NCBI RefSeq assembly: GCF_009914755.1
Contig: NC_060932.1
Origin: the human T2T-CHM13v2.0 reference genome, Homo sapiens
Length of the DNA stretch: 64,000 nt
Strand: one strand, 5' to 3'
The first letter of the stretch is position 1, and every line of letters begins with the position of its first letter. Made by a program: the position numbers and the translations under genes. Below, in pieces: positions 1 to 17,278 of this stretch. Under the pieces are notes generated by a model. The model did no database searches. It saw only the letters and a list, made by a program, of their open reading frames with translations, and was not told the DNA's origin.

Positions 1-150
1 GTGTCGTGTGCCTGTAGTCTCAACAACTCGGGAGGCTGAGGCGGGAGGATCGCTTGAGGTCAGGAGTTCGAGGATATAGTGCAGTATGACTGCGCCTGCA
101 AACAGCCACTACACTCCAGCCTAAGCAACATGAAACTCTATCTCTTTTAA
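1..150 (+). mobile_element. FAM fossil Alu monomer
   Basis: Carries the FAM-type interior tagtgcagtatga..gcgcctg..agccactacactccagcc. Confidence 0.7.
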
Positions 151-177
151 AAGTTTTAAAATTTTAAAATAAATTTT

Positions 178-470
178 AGCCTGGGTATGGTGGCTCACGC
201 CTATAATCCCAGCACTTTGGAAGGTCGAGGCAGGCAGATTGCTTCAGCCCAGTAGACCAGCCTGGGCAACAGGGCAAAACCATGTCTCCACAAAAAACAC
301 AAAAATTAGCTGGGCATAGTGCTGCATGCCTGTAATCCCAGCTACTCGGGAGGCTGAGATGGAAGGATCACTTGAGCCCAGGAGGTTGTGGCTTCAGTGA
401 GCCAAGATCATGCCATTGCACTCCAGCCTGGGTGACAAACCAAGGCCCTGTCTTGAAAAATAAAATAAAT
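178..470 (+). mobile_element. AluJ
   Basis: Dimeric Alu with an A-rich linker and tail, J-type ggaaggatcacttgagcccaggagg. Confidence 0.85.
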
Positions 471-651
471 TTAAAAAAATTTTTTTAGGAATTACGGAAA
501 TGGATGGTGGTGATGGTTACACAACATTATGAACGTATTTAATACCACAGAACTGTACACTTAAAATGGTTAAGATTGTAAATGTTATATGTATTTTAAC
601 ACAAAAAACTGGAGGTGTGTTATGTGTACATTTTAACACAATAAAAAATTA

Positions 652-801
652 CAGGTGTGGTGGCTCATGCCTGTAATCCCAGCACTCTGGGAGGATCATT
701 TGAGCCCAGGAGTTTGAGACTGCAGTGAGCTATGATCACGCCACTGCACTCCAGCCTGGGCAACAAGAGTAAGACCTTGCCTTGAAAAAAAAAAAAAAAA
801 A
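652..801 (+). mobile_element. Alu monomer (left-arm start joined to right-arm end) with poly(A)
   Basis: gcctgtaatcccagcact followed by tgcagtgagctatgatcacgccactgcactccagcc and an A tail. Confidence 0.75.
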
Positions 802-817
802 TGGAGGAAAATATTTA

Positions 818-985
<168 letters not shown>

Positions 986-3204
986 AACAAAACAAACCAA
1001 AAAACCCACAAAAACACAAATAGTACAGTTAATGGTTAGGAAGGCTACTCTGAGGAGGTGATGACTGAGCACCTAGATGTAAACTAATTAAGGAAGCCAG
1101 TGATGTTTAGGAATGTTTTCTTCTACATGAAAACAACACAACATTTCCTAGAAACATAAAAGAAGACATAAATATCTAGGGAGACATTCCATATTCCTGG
1201 ATGAATACTCTAAATTATCTCATTTTTTTCTCAAAATTAATTGACAAAATAATTCTAAGATTAATCCAGAAAAATAACTGATATAGAGTAACCAACAAAA
1301 TACTGAAAAAGAAGGATACTACAGAGGAATTTGATCTCCTAAATAATAATAAATCTTGAAATCCATATTAATTAAAATACTGTTCAAGAACAGAAAAATC
1401 AATAGGGAAAGAATGGATTATTTAAGTGTTATTACAATTGGGCAACCGTTTTCTAAAATTTAGATTCCTAACTCATTCCTCACACCAAAATTATAGATGG
1501 CAGAACCTGCAGAAATGAAAATAAGCATCTCTGAATTTCGGCGTTTTTTAAAAAACCTAGAACATCGTAAGTTCTCAAACACTGTATGGCAAATGAATTA
1601 ATAAATGAATGAGATGAGACATAGAGCCCCTTACTGAGGAAATGAAAGGAGTTACCTTGCATTTTGTTATTTGTTTAATTCACTCGTTTATCCATTTAAT
1701 TCACCTATATCGAGCACCCACTTGGTGCCGTCAACATCTCAAGATACAGGAATGACTGAAGTCTCAACATGTCCAGGAAGGTCGATCATATTTCTCACAA
1801 TAAAGGGCTCCACCCAGGTCCAACTTTCAAGCAGATCCCCTTTTACCTAAAAGGTACTTAGCATTCTGGAAGCCTCAGTATTTGTTCCTTCCATTACAGG
1901 AACCCAGATGTAGTCTGCTCACAGTACTAACGAAAAGAGTGGATCTTCTAATTCATCTTCCTCAGCAGCACAAACTCTTCCCACCCTAGGAGCAGAAACC
2001 AGGCTGAGATGTATGGAAGCCTCCAGTACTAAGCTACCCAGACAGAAAGCAACATCCAGGTCAAAGCATCACTGTCCGACCACATGACCCTTCTACACCT
2101 GGGCCCCCAAGGCACTGCTAGGAGTCAACAGCTCCACCTGGTGACCAGAGGCTGGCCTTCATCAAAGGCTCAGGCACTGCAGCAGTTGAGAATTTCTCTT
2201 TATGGGTATTTCCTCAGGCATAAATACAGTAACTAAAACATATGTTTTCATTGTCTGCTACTTATGGAATAAACATTAATGTTTTGTGTTTTCAAAGCTA
2301 TTTAAGTCAAAAAAATCCTTTAATAATGTTTATGGAGAACTGAAAAATTGTTACTGGAGGTCTCACAAAAAAAATCACAGTGAAAAAACAAATAATTCTG
2401 TGCAAAAGTCTGTTTATTAAACCTATATTCATCTTACAACAAAATCAGAAGTTAATAACTAAGGTGTCACTGATTTCAAGACTATTTCCATCAAACTTTA
2501 AAGTTTGCTCATTTTTCATTTAATTAATAATTTAATACCCACCCCCCTACCAACACAACCCATGGGGAGACAATAAGTGTAAAGCTCTGACAATATAAAA
2601 TGCTGTGGAAAATAATCCTGTCAGTCATATTGATAGCTAGAATGATTTGCCAGTTTTTATAGCCATCATAACAGCAGCCTGTGATTTGAAATCTCATAAA
2701 ACAGGAAGCTGTGTGCTTAAAGACATGCCTGGAATTCCTGATGTGATGGGAGACAATTGTTGTGATCTGTTGCTGCCACCAGCAGGCCATTCTCACAAAA
2801 TGGTATTTTCCCCTTTGCTTTTTGTTTCCAACTTACCTACTGATATTTCTTGACCACCACATTCTTTAATCAGGATAAATAATTAGATAAAAAAACAAAT
2901 CTTTTTCATGGGTATCCTCAGTAACAATCACTTCTTTAAAATCTACCATATATAACCTTTTTAAAATTTATTTAACAAACAGGCCTAATCTTTCTGCTTA
3001 TCTTTTATTCCTTTTTTTTTTCATAAGCTCCTAAATCCTTGCATTTTTTAAATCAGGTTCCTGGTAAATATATCTTAATATGAGAACAAGTGATCCTGGC
3101 ATAAAAGGTAGAAGCCCACAGTTCATCACACTGATGACTGCTATAAGATATTCCTTAAATTTTCATTTAGCTGGCGAATTTAAGGCTGGTGCATACAAAC
3201 AAGT

Positions 3205-3430
3205 TCTATAGCCACATCAACCTGGGATCAGATCCAGCTTCTTAGCATTGTGCTCTTGGGAAGCATTTAACCTTTCTAGGCATCAGTATCCTCCCTGTAA
3301 AATGAGGATAATAATAATACCCATGTCTTAGGATTGACAAGAGGAATAAATGAAATAATGCATATAAAGCATTTAGCAAAATGTCTGGCACATAGTAAGC
3401 CATCAATGAATGACTCATTATTATTATTAA
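3205..3430 (+). mobile_element. MIR SINE
   Basis: MIR core ctgtaaaatgaggataataata...gcacatagtaagccatcaat. Confidence 0.7.
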
Positions 3431-6400
3431 AGTGTAAAAATTAAGACTTCCATACAATCAGAAGCCAAATCAATGGGAGAGTTCTGACTAGAACCTCCAA
3501 ATCTGCTGATTCCAAGCCAAGGGCTTTGAACATCGTATTGCAATGATGCTTTCTATTTATCTAATTAAGATGAAGACTCTGGTTCTTTTGGGATAGGCCA
3601 AGATTGCTGAAAACATCACTTTTCAAATATGAAGTCCTTTTTAAGCCCAGAATTAGACAAACCATTAGGTTCCACTGGACGTCCCTCCTACATCTGAAAA
3701 CAGCTTTCTCCCCCTTGGATGACAGAAGTGGTATTTTTATGGTAATATTTCTCATAAGAAGCAAGTACATGAGATTCCTCTTTAAGCTCTGAAATTTCTT
3801 TCTTTTGCAGAGCTTCAGATAAATAAAGCAGCTTTCCATTATGTGTTTCTGTCTAGCAAGGCTATTCAATATGTTCATGGTGGAGCATAGGCATGAGGGG
3901 CGCTCTCCAGCACAGTTAGTGGAAACAATTTCTAGTCTAGTTCAAAGCAGTAACTAAAGCCAGGTTCCTTTGATGTCTTACTGAGAAAGCTGCCCTGCAG
4001 CATAAGACAGGGCAGTGTGAATTCCCGTCTAGCCTTGTGGCTGAAGTTTTGTGGATCAGGAGCTGGGGAAGACCAGAAGTGCCAAAGGTCTACTTTGCTA
4101 CAGAGAAAATAAGTGAAGCGACTGTGTCTCAATGGTAAGTCTTGCATAGGTACCTTTAAAATATTGTCCTATAATTAGATTTTTATCTCCCTTTCAACTT
4201 GAATGAGGAATCATTCTGGACTTGCTGTCTCATCAAATGTTAAATTATATACTAATTATTCCTATGTCTGCAATTCTTTCTAAACAAGGATTTCCAAAAA
4301 CTTTTCCACCCTTTGGAGGTTAACTTACTGCATGGAAACTAAATACTGGAGGTTACTGAGTACCAAGATTAGAGGGGGAATTTACAGTGTTTGCTTCCCA
4401 AATTAGCTTTATTAAAGGGACTAGAAAGTTTTATAAAGGGTATGGATTGTTAGCAAGTGATAGAAAAATTTATTGATCTCAATCCCATCTCAATACACAG
4501 GCACCAGAGCCTTCTTTATTGCCCGTTATGTTTTTTAAGGCTCTAGTTCTGCACAATCAATGGTGGTTCACAGCGTGTGGGAAACAAATGGACAGCAATG
4601 CTCTTTGGCATTTGGTCAACCCTCTGAATCATGTAGCTCTTTCCCATCTTTTAAGGGTGTAACCCCTTCTAAGAATTTTATTGCCAAAGACAATATGACA
4701 ATATATCTAACTGATCTCAAAGCCACTTTTTAGTGCCTCCACTACAGAGAAAGTGTTTGTACTCATCCAGTGGTCTTTTCCTGTCCCACATTTCCCTTTG
4801 TTTCCATAGAAAGGTTGGACACCGCTGACCATTCTTCAAGTCCTCGACAATTTGCTGAGCAGATACTCACCATGGGTCAGGCTCTAGGACACCATGGGAA
4901 AAACTGAGGCAGAAGCACACTCAGCATTTAAGGTACAGCAAGGGGGGGAGTGGGAATGAAGTGTAGTTAGTGAGGGGAGATGAAGTCAGAAAGATAATGG
5001 GGCCAGATCATGTTAGGCCTGGAGGCCACTGTGAAATTTTTAACTTAGACTCTGAGCGAAAGATTGAGGGAAAAACGTAATAAATAATTTTTTCCTTTGG
5101 TAATTAAGAGCAAAATTACCAAATGATCAGAAGTAGATAACTAGTATTAGGTACCATGTTTCTATCACCCTAGGCATTGCCAGAGGGCCTTCCACAGACA
5201 CACCCAGGCACCTCAGGATTGAGCCAGAAGTTCAGAGAGGCCCATAACCTGGTTTCATAAATTAGCCCATGAACTGGGGTCTGAACAGGGGCTTTGGCCC
5301 CACACCATTCACCTTCCTCTTGCTTTCTTACACTTGCCCACTCCTAATTTCCCTAATCTCTGCCCCAGGAACTTCTCATTAATCAGTAGACTGAGCAGGA
5401 TAGTGGCTGCTCTGTATGATAAACCAAGTCCCTTATTCCAGCTGGCATGCCCTTGACTTTGCAGAGCTGTGGCCCCTCCTAACTGCCTCTGGACTCTGGT
5501 GTAACGCGTGAGCTGGCTTAAGTTAGTTTAGCCACTGAGTAGAAAAGAACATAAAGGCCAGGAAGGAAAAAAAAAAACATCACTCACAGCCGCCTTAGAG
5601 CCACCTCGTTTGATGCCCCCTGAGTTAGAAACTGATTTCCAAGGCCAACCATGGGGAAAAATCTGGCTACATTCCAACCTTATCGTGTTTAATGAGGCCT
5701 CATGATGAAAACACAAGGCTTCTCCTTGATGATTCCCTCCTATGGCAGAGGTCTGAATAAATAAAGGAAGAAATATTAGAGCAGCTGGTTTCAGATAATA
5801 AAGCTAGCAGTATATGATTTACTAGTGATTGAAATTAAAAATATGAATAGGATTCAGAGGATAAAGGTTAAGGTGACACACGATTGCTACAGTTATTGCT
5901 AACAGAAAATAGTCATTACTTGTTAACATTTCTAAAGCGTTGATATAAGCCACAGGCTATCAGCACTACTGCTGCTCTCATTATGACAGATTAAATAATA
6001 ATCATATAAATAATCACTCCGTCCAAAACTTGATAACAAATTCGACAATGCCAAAAACAAAAACAAAAACCATAGCCTATATGTACACCAACCTTCTTTG
6101 CAAAGCTCTCTTATAAACTACTTTTTCAAAGCTCCCCACCATACCCAGTATCTAGTGAATGGCTTTACCATTGGTGTCATTAAAATTGTACTGACTGGCC
6201 ATTGTCAGAGGGAAGCGCTTCTTCACCTTTCTGGTGAAGGGAGCTCAGTTTATTTAACTCCTGGCCTCCCTTTGCAACCTGTTTCACCCTTCCCCTTGGG
6301 AGATAGTGACCTCTCTGACTGGTAAATTTATCAAGAATATCTCCACCTTGACGTGTGGTTAATTTGATCAATGGGATGTAAATGAAAATGTGGTATGCAA

Positions 6401-7016
6401 TTTTGAGAATAAGCCCTTAAGAGGAAGTCTTCTCCTTCTCTTTCCTGTTGGCTGAAATGCAAATATGATTACTGGATCCAGTGTATACCACAAGGTGGAA
6501 GCTGCATAATAGGGACTGGGGAGCCACAACAAGCTAGGAGCTGGGGTCCCCAGCGACTGAAATTACACCAGCCCAGACTGCCGACCCAGACTTTCACCTG
6601 AGAAATAAACTTCTGCCTTACTTAAGCCCCTGTATTACAGGTTTTCTGACAATTACAGCCACAAAATAGCAGCAGGGAGTCCAAGAATGCTGGGGGAAAA
6701 GGCACAGCCCAGGAAAAAGTGATTAGAGGATACCCAGAGAAATAAGTCCAAATAAAAAGGTTTAGTGACTGAGATTAAGCATGAACAAAAGGTATATAAA
6801 TAAGAGGAAAAAACAAGCATTTGGCAAACCATACTAACAAGTCATGAACTTATATTTATACACTAAGATTTGTATTCATGTACATATAATGGATCCTTGT
6901 TAATAAGCATAAATATATTAAATGAATATTCATAAAGCACTTAGAAAAGTCCCTGGCATGCAATGAGTGCTACACAGCTGCTATTAATTTAAAATAAAAT
7001 AAATAAGAGTAAATGT

Positions 7017-7486
7017 TGTGATGGTTAATTTTATGTCAACCTAGCTAGACTATGGTGCCCAGTTGTTTGGTCAAACACTAGTCTAGAGGTTGCTGTACAG
7101 GTATTTGTGGATGTGGTTAACATTTACACTAAGTTTTCTTTAAGTAAAGCAGATTACCCTCTATAATGTGAGTGGGCCTCATTCAATCAGCTGAAAGCAA
7201 TAAAAGCAAAGACTGAGGTTTCCAAAAGAAGAAGGAATTCCTCAAAACTGCAACATGGAAATTCTGCCTGAGTTTCCAGCCTGCTGGCTTACCCTACAGA
7301 TTTTCGACTTGCCAGCCCCTACAATCCCTTTAGCCAATTTCTTAAAACAAATAAATTTCTAAGTATATATATATAGATAGACAGACAGACAGACAGACAG
7401 ATAGATGTATAGAGATAGATATAGAGAGATATAGATATATAGAGAGAGATCTCATATTGTTTGTTTCTCTGAAGAACCCTAATACA
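7017..7486 (+). mobile_element. MLT2 (ERVL) solo LTR with an internal (GACA)/(GATA)n microsatellite
   Basis: tgtgatggttaattttatg...ccctaataca termini and a 5-bp TSD aatgt/aatgg. Confidence 0.85.
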
Positions 7487-8026
7487 AATGGAAAGTTAAA
7501 ATAGGCCTGCAGTAGAAGTCACTGGAACCCTTTGTTGACAACCAGCAGGTGGGATAAAGGACCCACTAGAACCTTGCTCAGTGCACTGTCACTCCCCATC
7601 CCAACCCTACTTTCATGGCCCTGAGGAACAACCTCTAAAGAACCTCAAAAGTTCAGTTACCCTCCTTCCCTTGCTGCTGTTTTAGAGCAGAAGATGAAAG
7701 GGACCACAATGGTCACAGTTCATCCTAGAACTAGGAGTAAATGCTTACAGGTATGGGGTTTCTTTTGGGGGTGATGAAAATGTTCTGGAATAAGACAGTG
7801 GTGATGGCTAAACAACACTGTGAATGTACTAAATTCTACTGAATTGTACACTTTAAAATAATCAATTTTATGCCATATAAACTTCACCTCAATAAATTAT
7901 TTTTAATTATGATTTATAATATGTGAATTTTACCTCAATTTAAAAAAACTGCAAAAAAAAAAATGGAAATATCTCCACCTTCTTCCTCCTGGAAATGAGT
8001 TTGCGTGTAGAAAACACAAGCTCTCA

Positions 8027-8374
<348 letters not shown>

Positions 8375-9554
8375 TTACCTGGGAAACATTTCCTCATGGG
8401 TAGGATAGAGCTCAGTATTAACAACCCACTTGGGTAACAGATGTAAAGCCAAGCCAATCAAGTAAGCTATTACCAAAAATGAAAGGGATATTTTGACCTC
8501 CATATGTACTTTTTGTTTCCCACCTTAACAAAGTATGAAAGCTGAAGGAATCCCAGAGCTGATGGCTCCCACTAATGGTGGTTTTCCACACACACTCAGT
8601 CTTGTCTCACATGACCACATGTATCCTCGGTACAGAGAGACTGAGACATTTGGAAGCCTAGCCTGGACTCATAAGAGTTCCACTCTGCTTTTGCAATCCA
8701 TGCTTTCTCGTTGCCTGCTGTGTATGCTTTCTTAAAGATAAGTAAACCTAAAGCTGGATGCAGCCCACAGTGTCTTGTGACCTTGTGTTTTTGTCTTGTG
8801 AGTTGTCAGTTTGAGCAATCTGAGCAGAAAGGGTGGTCAATCAAATCAACTGCTTCAATTGTAAAATACCATGTCTATTGTTCTGTGAAAGGATAAACAT
8901 AAGATTCAGATCTCATGAAATTCACACACCCTAATCCAAAACCCAATTCTTTAATTAATTCACTTGAAAAGAGAACATGATATGAAACACTCACATTAGT
9001 TCATTTTTCTTCTCACATATACATCTGTCTCAGGAACCTGGCATGGTGAAATCATAGAAAAGGCAGGACAGTGCACTGGAAAGAGCTTCAGATTTTGAGT
9101 TAAAAGAGGGGCTGGTGTTCAAGTTTCAGCTCTGTCACTGAATGATCTTGAATAATTATTTAATCTCTGTAAGCCTTAAATCTATAAAACGGAGATAATA
9201 GAGTATTTGCTCTGTTCAACTCTCAGCATTGTTGTGAGGAGCAAACCACTTATCTGTAAAGAGCTAAATAAATGTAGATTATCACATGTTTCAAGCACCT
9301 GATTTTCACGTGTTCATTTTGGTCTGCTTCAGAAAATCATTGATCCTATCTTATCTCATTTATTTATATTAGTCCATAATGGCTATACTGCATACATAAT
9401 AAACAGAGGTTTATAAATACTAAACTTTTACTTAGCATCATTATATTTATGTAAGAGACAGAAGCATTAGATTGACATTCCTATAGATTTTCTTTAAACA
9501 AATGTAGCAGTTGTAATTTTGTTCCATTCAGATGCTAAACAATGGTATACATCT

Positions 9555-10302
9555 GTATTGGTCAGAATTGTCCAGAGATAAATAGATATATAGAGAGTTA
9601 TTATGGGAATAGACTCGCATAATTATAGAAGGCAAGAAGTCCCAAAATCTGCTGTCCCAGTCTGAGTCTGAAGGCCTGAGAAGGGGATAAGGGGTTGCTA
9701 TAGTCTGAATGTTTGTGTCCTTCCCAAATTCATGTTGAAACCATATTACCAATGTGATATTAGGAGGTGGGGTCTTGGGGAGGTGATCAGGTCATGAGGG
9801 CAGAGTCCTCATGAATGGAATTAATGCCTTTATAAAAGAGGCCCAAGAGAGACTCCTTGTCCCTTCCACCATGTGAGGTAACAGCTACACAGTGCTATCT
9901 ATGAAACAGAGAGCAGGCCCTCACCAGACACTGGCTCTGCTGGTGCCTTGTTCGTGGACTACCCCCGCTCCAGAACTGTAAGAAACAAATTTCTGTTGTT
10001 TATGAGCTATCCAATTTATGGTATTTTGCTATAGCACCTCAAATGGACAAAGACACGGGTGATAGTGTAAGTCCCAGTCTGAGTTCAAAGGCCTGAGAAC
10101 TAGGAGCTCCGATGTCAGAGGGTAGGAAAAGATGGATGTTCCAGCTCAAACAGAAAGTAAATTTACCCTCCCTGCCTTTTCGCTCTATTCAGGTCCTCAA
10201 AAGATTGGATGATACAAACCAATGTTGGTAAAGCAAATCTCTTCTATAGGTAAAGGCTAGTCTCTTCTAGAAACACTCTCGCAGACACATCCAGAAATAA
10301 AT
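9555..10302 (-). mobile_element. MLT2-family LTR interrupted by an MST/MLT1A LTR
   Basis: tgtattggtcagaattgtccagaga... resumes at 10056 through ...cacatccagaaataa. Confidence 0.7.
9696..10055 (+). mobile_element. MSTD/MLT1A-like MaLR solo LTR, nested
   Basis: tgctatagtctgaatgtttgtgtcc...aagaca termini, TSD ggggt/cgggt. Confidence 0.8.
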
Positions 10303-10538
10303 ACTCAGGAAGGATTTTAACTCCCAATTTCAAATTCTAACTTGATCTATAATTACTATATAAACTATGCATACCTCCAGAGATGAAATTTTTAATAATA
10401 AAACAGGGAATGGGTACAGTGGCTCACACCTGTAATACCAATATTTTGGGAGGCAGAGGCAGGAGTTTGAGACCAACCTAGGCAACACAGCACGATCCCA
10501 TCTCTACTTCAAAAAAAAAAAGGAATACGTGAAAATAA

Positions 10539-10926
<388 letters not shown>

Positions 10927-12929
10927 TGACATTTCCTCAAAAAATAAAAATAAAGGAATTGTTAATTTTGGTCTACTTTGGAATTTTATTATCTTCTTAC
11001 TCACAAAAAATAATTTTTTAATAAATCTAAAAAAATTGTAAAGATTAAATCACACTGAACACTTCAGGTTTTCAAGTAAGTGTAACAAATTCCAATAAAC
11101 TATTGTCTGTCAATAAGGTACTTTTTTTTTTTTTTACAGTTTTTACATCATAAAAGCTGTATTCTGAATTGGTATTGGTTTTGTGAACACAGTATCTTAG
11201 GGATAGAAATTTGTAATGGTTTGAAGCAAAGATCACAGGTTAGCTATAGAAAAGTGCCACAGGAAACTGGTCTAAACCAAAAACATGTTTTTATCATACA
11301 AGGTAAGACAAAATAATATCCCTTTCTATCAAGTCATGTTGAAGCCTTCCTTGAATACCAAAATAGCATATCTACAAATCCCTCTAGGATACAATATATT
11401 AATTTGGGAACAATTCAGAAAAACAAAGCCATAAGCTAATTATACATATTGTTTGCTGTGAGTCACAGTCAAAATTTTAATCTTGCCACATAATATTAGG
11501 ACACAGTTGCTCAGGCAATGTGACTGTAGGCCATAATTGAGCCACTCAAATGAAATGCCAGCCAGATTTTTTTCACTTGCTCCTTTGTCATACACCCTTT
11601 TAAATGGATGGATAGGCTGTCTAGGAGTTTAGTTCTGCAGATCAGAGCTGCTCATGTTTAAATTCAGCTTTAGTAATTCAATCCTAATGAAAACGTGACT
11701 GAAATGTATTTGCATTGTCGTTTAGAACCAGAACATTATGACATAAAGCTGTGTGAAAGGTGTATTTGTGTAATTAGAAATGAATTATGTATGTGACTTA
11801 AATTATTACCCATTGCAGTGACAGCTTCTGTCAGCTCATGCAGCAGATTGACAGATCGCAATAACAAAAAGGGAAGTCTGGATGCTGTCAGAGGCAAGAA
11901 GAAACTGCTGCCTCTGCTTTCTTCAGTGTTGAGCACAGCTCCATGCTCAGCAGTTGGCGTAAATAAATACCTTGAAACTGAGATCTATGAGCAAGAAACA
12001 TGATCAAGGTGGTTAAAGAAGTAAAAGAGGTAAAGTACCTCATTCATTCATTCAATTACTAAATAGCTATTCTATGCCAGGTCCCATACAAGGTCCTGAG
12101 AATATTAGGGTAAGTAAGATTAAATCCCCATCCTCAAAGGAGTCCACCAAGAGAGAGAGGGAGAGCATGCGACCACATGAGCATATGGACTGGGAACATA
12201 GAGAAAGGGAAAATTCTTATAAACAGCACCTCTCACGCAAAAGCTGCTTTATACGTGCAAACCAGGTGTTAAGGTCCCTTAACATGTGGATAAAATGAGT
12301 CTAAACCCCCACAAATGCCTGGCTTGTCAAAGTCCAAAGTCTTCATCAATTCCCAGAGGGCTATCTTCTGTACTTCTCAGCCTCTGAGATCCCATGCCAC
12401 ATATGCTACCTTTATTCCATGTCACATGGGTTCTCCCATGAAATTCAGCCTCTTCTGAAATTTCTACTGCAAAATCACTCTCATGCAGGATACTGGAAGA
12501 TTTCAGAGTGAGGCAGAGAAATGGATGGAAGGTTACTTCCCACACTACTTGGCAAACAAACAACTTTATGAAGAACAATAGGTATCCACTATAAAAACAG
12601 GGCCCAGCACCCTTACCTAAGGAGCTGAAATGTTCCTTTTGACAGATTTGTCTTGAATTGAGATAAGGGTGCTGGGCCTTTCTACCCAGCATCCACCAGT
12701 CTCAAATGTTGGCCAACCAGGGGAGGAGCATAATCTTGGGTGAGGCAGATCCTCTCAGCTGAGGGCTATTCTTGGGGAAGAATTTGGCTATAAGTGGCCC
12801 ACAGGTGATGCTTCTGGCAGCTGGAGAAACAAGCGCCTTGGTTCTGAAAGGGGCAATCTGGGCAGCACACCCTTGCATACACCACAGTTAAGACAGGCAG
12901 CAGTTGCAGAGTGGCTGGAACTATGTGAA

Positions 12930-12996
12930 TAAAATAAATAAATAAATACATACATACATACATACATACATACATACATACATACATACATACATA
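12930..12996. repeat. Compound tetranucleotide microsatellite (AAAT)n(ACAT)n
   Basis: Visible directly, and the source of the MYVCMYVC ORFs. Confidence 0.95.
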
Positions 12997-13370
12997 AATT
13001 TTTGTTTAAAAAGACAGGCAGAATTACCTGCCCTTTATCAATGTTTTTTAAGTACTTTATGCCTGAAAAGGATACGATGCAAGATAGATATTGAAAGTTT
13101 AGTTCAGTCCAGCAACATAGTGAGACCCTATCTCTTAAAAAAAAAAAAAGTTGTATATAAAGCCTCATGCATGAAGTCTATATACATGGGGCCAAGAAAT
13201 ACCATTTTTACTTATTACTAGTTGGCTACTTCCTCACTGACGAATTTGGTCCCAAACTGCCTGTTCATGAATCCTAGATGTACAGCTAGCTACCCAGGTA
13301 TGGCACTAACAAATTAAAAGAATTCATCCTTGATTATACATAACTGAGTATTTAACACCTCAAGACAATA

Positions 13371-15969
<2,599 letters not shown>

Positions 15970-16103
15970 TATTTTCTGTCTAAAAGAAATTTTCCTAAAT
16001 GGAAACAAAAGCTGATTACAGAAGCCCCATTTGGAAATTAAATTAGTAACTCCTTTCTCTTTGCAGGCTTCAGTCTTCTAAAGGTTGCTTTGTATATTAA
16101 AAC

Positions 16104-16399
16104 CTTTTTTTTTTTTTTTAAGATGGGGTCTTGCTCTGTCACCCAGGATGGATATTGGATCATATCCAATCATAGTTCACTGCAAACTCAAACTCCTAGG
16201 CTCAAGCAATCCTTCTACCTCAACCTCCCACGTAGCTGGAACTACAGGCATGTGCCACCATATCTGGCTAAGTTTGTTTTTTAGAGTCAGGGTCTCACTG
16301 TGTTGCTCAGGTTAGTCTCAAACTATTGGCCTCAAGCAATCCTCCTGCCTCTACCTACTAGGTAACTAGGATTACAAACTGGAGCCACTGCGCACAGCT
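16104..16399 (-). mobile_element. AluJ (diverged)
   Basis: Poly-T followed by reverse Alu arms. Confidence 0.8.
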
Positions 16400-16870
16400 A
16401 AAACACTCTTTTCAATGCCAAAAATTACTCCAGATAACCCTTAAATGATGGTAGCTGAACCTTTGTTCAGTGCATAAACAATATTTGGTAGACATGGCTT
16501 TATAGACTGCATAAGTCTGAGGTCCCAAACTAGGAACCAGTGCTCTCAAGTGTTCCCAAATCCTTCAACTCCTGCACTAACCCATTGACTTTTCTCACTC
16601 AAACTGCCCTGCAGCAACTATTACATCCAACATCTTTAGCATTTGCGATCCTAACCTCTCATTCTCTTTCTCCTTTGAGCTACATTTTAAACTTACCAAG
16701 TTTTTCAGTTGTTTCAAACATCTGTCTAATATTTCTAATCAGATTAGTTTTCCCAAAGACAGAGAGTATTTTACCTTTTTATATTCCTTATAAAAATTTC
16801 TCAGTAGATACTTAATGAAAGTGTATTAATCAAGGAATTATTAACAATTATACAATGATATAAGCACATC

Positions 16871-16876
16871 TTTATT
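16871..16876 (-). terminator. RAD54B polyadenylation signal AATAAA, giving a short AU-rich 3'UTR of about 200 nt
   Basis: Plus-strand tttatt about 185 nt after the stop codon. Cleavage site inferred near 16850. Confidence 0.75.
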
Positions 16877-17060
16877 TTTCATTTAAACACTTAATATTTA
16901 CAAAACATTAAACCACTCAATTTTGACTATTGTATCAAAAGTGATATATTTTGCAACATATACTGTAATTTAAATAATTCTATTAATTTTCAAAAAGTAC
17001 ATTTAATTACCATACTAATTTTCAAAAGAAGAGCAATGGAATGTCAGAAGTAATCTTTCA

Positions 17061-17278
17061 CTATGTGCCAGTAGCTTGAGTGGTTATATTCTGAAAAATG
17101 AATGACACATTTTCTGTTATTCTTTCAAGAAAAGGATCTGTAAGATTTAAATGATCTCCAGAAAAATGTTTCCATTGCTTCAGCTGGGACATAGAAAGAG
17201 GTTTCAGGGAGTTAGATTTCTGGTGATGTGGACCAAGCTGACAATCTCTAGAGACAATGAATTTTTCCAACGAATCAC
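17061..17278 (-). CDS. RAD54B: RAD54B exon 15 coding part (218 bp, includes the TAG stop)
   Basis: (G)DSLEKFIVSRDCQ...LKQWKHFS...NVSFIFQNITTQATGT*. ACAG acceptor, stop at plus cta 17061-3. Confidence 0.95.

Noticed and set aside
5600-5630. CTCF-like tgccccctgagtt
   Set aside because: Only half of the core motif matches.
11100-11200. T-run as a possible retrocopy tail or plus-strand splice acceptor
   Set aside because: No TSD, no upstream poly(A) signal on the minus strand, and no recognisable ORF or exon.
12766-13168. ORFs containing MYVC repeats
   Set aside because: They are read-through of the (ACAT)n microsatellite.
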